From NCBI RefSeq assembly GCF_028641065.1, contig NC_073392.1, positions 24,800,001-24,864,000 on the forward strand: a stretch of DNA of 64,000 nt, given 5' to 3'. Origin of the DNA: Leucoraja erinacea (taxonomy: Eukaryota). Positions 61,541 to 64,000 of this stretch are shown in pieces. Under the pieces are notes generated by a model, which was not told the DNA's origin, ran no database searches, and was given only the letters and a program-made list of their open reading frames with translations. Position numbers and translations under genes: made by a program. Position 1 is the first letter of the stretch. Each line of letters starts with the position of its first letter.

Positions 61541-61757
61541 TCTAAGAAGGAACTGCAGATGCTGGACAATCGAAGGTAGACAAAAATGCTGGAGAAGCTC
61601 AGCGGGTGAGGCAGCATCTATGGAGGGAAGGAAATGGACGACTTTTCGGGTCGAGACCCTTCAGTCTGAAGAAGGATCTCGACCCAAAACGTCGCCTATT
61701 TCCTTCGCTCCATAGATGTTGCCTCGCCCGCTGAGTTTCTCCAGCATTTTTGTCTAC
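61541..61757. mobile_element. Penelope-derived fold-back insertion with 15-bp direct repeat
   Basis: CTAATATTACTGATG at 61526-61540 and 61758-61772; internal arms inverted about ~61665. Confidence 0.85.
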
Positions 61758-62014
61758 CTAATATTACTGATGGATAACCTTGCAGCAGAACCGAATCCAA
61801 CCTGGCCTATATGCGATTGCAATCACTTGCCAGTTACATTGACACTTAAGTTACTCTAAAGTGGACTTGCAAACCACTTCACCTCGTGCAAATAGGAGGG
61901 TAACGTGGAACAAAGAAATATGTTGCTGGAGGAACTGAAACAACCCTTTTCCCTCCACAGATGCTGTTTTCCTCAATGAGTTCCTCCAGCACTTTGTTTT
62001 TTTTATTGCACACA

Positions 62015-62420
62015 GTTCAGTTCAGTTTTTATTTGTCATATGCAGGTTAACATAGGGTCAACGGTACAATGAAATGTTTTTGACAAGACAACAATGATAA
62101 TACACGGATAAAATTAAGGTTAAAACATTAGTAGATAAGACATTGGTAGATAAAAGACAATAATAAATAAAATAATCAACATATATGATGTATTTATGAG
62201 TTCAGAAGCCTGATGGCATGATGATAAAAACTGTTCTTAAGTCTGGTGGTACGTGCAGCCATGCTCCTATATCTTCTCCCTGATGGTAACAAGGAGAACA
62301 GTCTGCGTGCTGGGTGGCTGTGGTCCTTGATGATGCTGTGTGCCTTCTGCAGGCACCGCCTGTGGAAAATATCCTGAATGGCCGGAAGACAGTTGCCAGT
62401 GATGTGCTGTGCCACATTCA
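62015..62420 (-). mobile_element. Rex1/Babar LINE 3' end
   Basis: [46 protein letters not shown]; (CTGAA)n tail. Confidence 0.88.
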
Positions 62421-62438
62421 GGCATTTGCAGTCTTGTG

Positions 62439-63978
62439 CAAAGATCCAAGATAGGCTACTCCTGCTAAATGCAATGGACTGACGTGTAGTACGCTATGGA
62501 GGGGATCATGGGCATTTTTCCACGCCCATTTTAGCAACCTGAGCCTACCTAACCCGACCCGACTCGCACTGTAATCAATGTTGCGGGGCAACAGTTTGTG
62601 TGGGTCAGATTCATAAATCTGTCAGTTCAAACTTCTTGTCAAGAATAAAATTTGATTCTGGTAATTGTCTTTTTTAATGTTTTTTAAATCATTTCTTTTT
62701 AAATGGCTCACAAGCAGTGTTTGAGTTGATTTTGTAGTAACCGGAACCGACCCGACTCGCAGGGTGATTGACAGGGGGGGACTTTTTGTGCGTGATTATA
62801 GGGTTAGATTCATAATTCTGTTAGTTCATAATTCTGTTGATTCTTGTTAAAGAATAAAATGTTTGTAAACACACATACATGAAAATTATATAAATGTATA
62901 TAACACACACAATTATATTTCTTCTAATCCAATAATGAACTTTATTTCAGACTAGACAAGGGACATTAAATAAGAAACATTGTAAATAAGAAACATTGTA
63001 AACCTCCCTGCAACTTCACACACACTAGGCCTTATCCCCCCCGGCACTCTCTCGCCTGCCCCCTTACTACAATGTCCCCCCTCCTATGCCCCTCTCCTCG
63101 CCGCCCCGGGCCCCGCACTCTCTCTCCTCGCTGCCCCGGACCCCGCACTCCTTTCTCCCCGCTCTCCTCTCCTCGCTGCCCCGGACCCCGCACTCCCTCT
63201 CCCCGCTGCCCCGGACCCCACACTCCCTCTCCCCGCTGCCCCGGACCCCGCCCTCCCTCTCCCCGCTCCCCCGGACCCCGCACTCTCTCTCCCCGCTGCC
63301 CCGGGCCCCGCACTCCTTCTACCCGCTTCCTCGCTGCCCCGCACCACGCACTCTCTCTCCCCGCTGCCCCGGGCCCCGCCCTCCTTCTCCCCGCTGCCCC
63401 GCACTCTCTCTCCCCGCTGCCCCGGACCCCGCCCTCCTTCTCCCCGCTGTCCCCCTCTCTCTCCCCCCTCCCCCGGCTCCGCACTCCCTCTCCCCGCTGC
63501 CCCGGACCCCACACTCCCTCTCCCCGCTGCCCCGCACACCCGCACTCTCTCTCCCCGCTGCCCCGCTCTCTCTCTCCCCGCTGCCCCCGGCCCCGCCCCC
63601 TCTCTCCCCGCAGCCCCGCGCCCCGCGCTCCCTCTCCCCGCTGCCCCGCACCCCGCACTCTCTCTCCCCGCTGCCCCGCACCCCGCACTCTCTCTCTCTC
63701 CCCGCTGCCCTGGACCCCGCACTCTCTCTCTCCCCGCTGCCCCGGACCCCGCACTCTCTCTCCCCGCTGCCCCGGGCCCCGCACTCCTTCTACCCGCTGC
63801 GGATCCAATCTTTGGCCGGAAGCAAGAAGGCGGGAGCAAGAAAGCGGAGCAAGATAGCGGACCAAGATGGCGGAGTCAGGTTGCTAAAATGTGTCCTATA
63901 ATCACCCATGAATCCGCCCATGAGCGTACCTCACGTTTGCGTGAGAGTAACCCATCTTGCTCCGCTATAGGATCTTTG
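62439..63978. mobile_element. Non-autonomous DNA transposon, P-element-like (1540 bp, 8-bp TSD GTCTTGTG)
   Basis: gtcttgtg|CAAAGATCC ... GGATCTTTG|gtcttgtg; perfect 16-bp subterminal inverted repeats at 62527-62542 and 63876-63891. Confidence 0.88.
63085..63800. repeat. GC-rich ~30-bp minisatellite (CCCCGCACTCCCTCTCCCCGCTGCCCCGGA) inside the P-like element
   Basis: More than 20 degenerate tandem copies; source of spurious repetitive ORFs. Confidence 0.93.
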
Positions 63979-64000
63979 GTCTTGTGTGTCTCCGTTGGAC

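Noticed and set aside
63032-63901. Collagen-like or Pro-Arg ORFs of 250-280 aa
   Set aside because: By-products of the GC-rich tandem repeat; open in several frames on both strands
1-64000. Prokaryotic systems (CRISPR arrays, operons, defence islands)
   Set aside because: Spliceosomal introns, vertebrate synteny and LINE/SINE content; no repeat-spacer array seen

Overview
Vertebrate genomic DNA, most likely a cartilaginous fish such as a skate or ray (inferred from the V-SINE/HE1-like SINEs and abundant CR1 and Penelope repeats). It carries the conserved synteny block CHCHD4(-), TMEM43(+), XPC(-), LSM3(+, exons 1-2 only; the window ends in intron 2). I mapped all 33 coding exons by hand; all have GT-AG boundaries. 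CHCHD4 (140 aa) and TMEM43 (400 aa) are intact. XPC has 16 exons, but exon 7 carries a 2-nt (CT) surplus that shifts the frame to a stop at codon 267: either an assembly slip or a null allele. Introns are packed with CR1, L2, Rex1/Babar, Nimb/I, Penelope, SINE and DNA-transposon remnants. Main observations: (1) A P-element-like DNA transposon family, seen as a 1.54-kb non-autonomous copy with an 8-bp target-site duplication (TSD), CAAAGATC terminal inverted repeats (TIRs) and 16-bp subterminal inverted repeats, plus two tiny TIR-TIR remnants with their own 8-bp TSDs that look like P-type excision footprints, one just upstream of the TMEM43 ATG. (2) A high-copy Penelope-derived repeat carrying a minimal hammerhead-ribozyme core, often inserted as fold-back hairpins. 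(3) An unclassified fold-back element with ~267-bp near-perfect arms. (4) The XPC frameshift. Comparisons to human genes are from memory and were not checked against a database.
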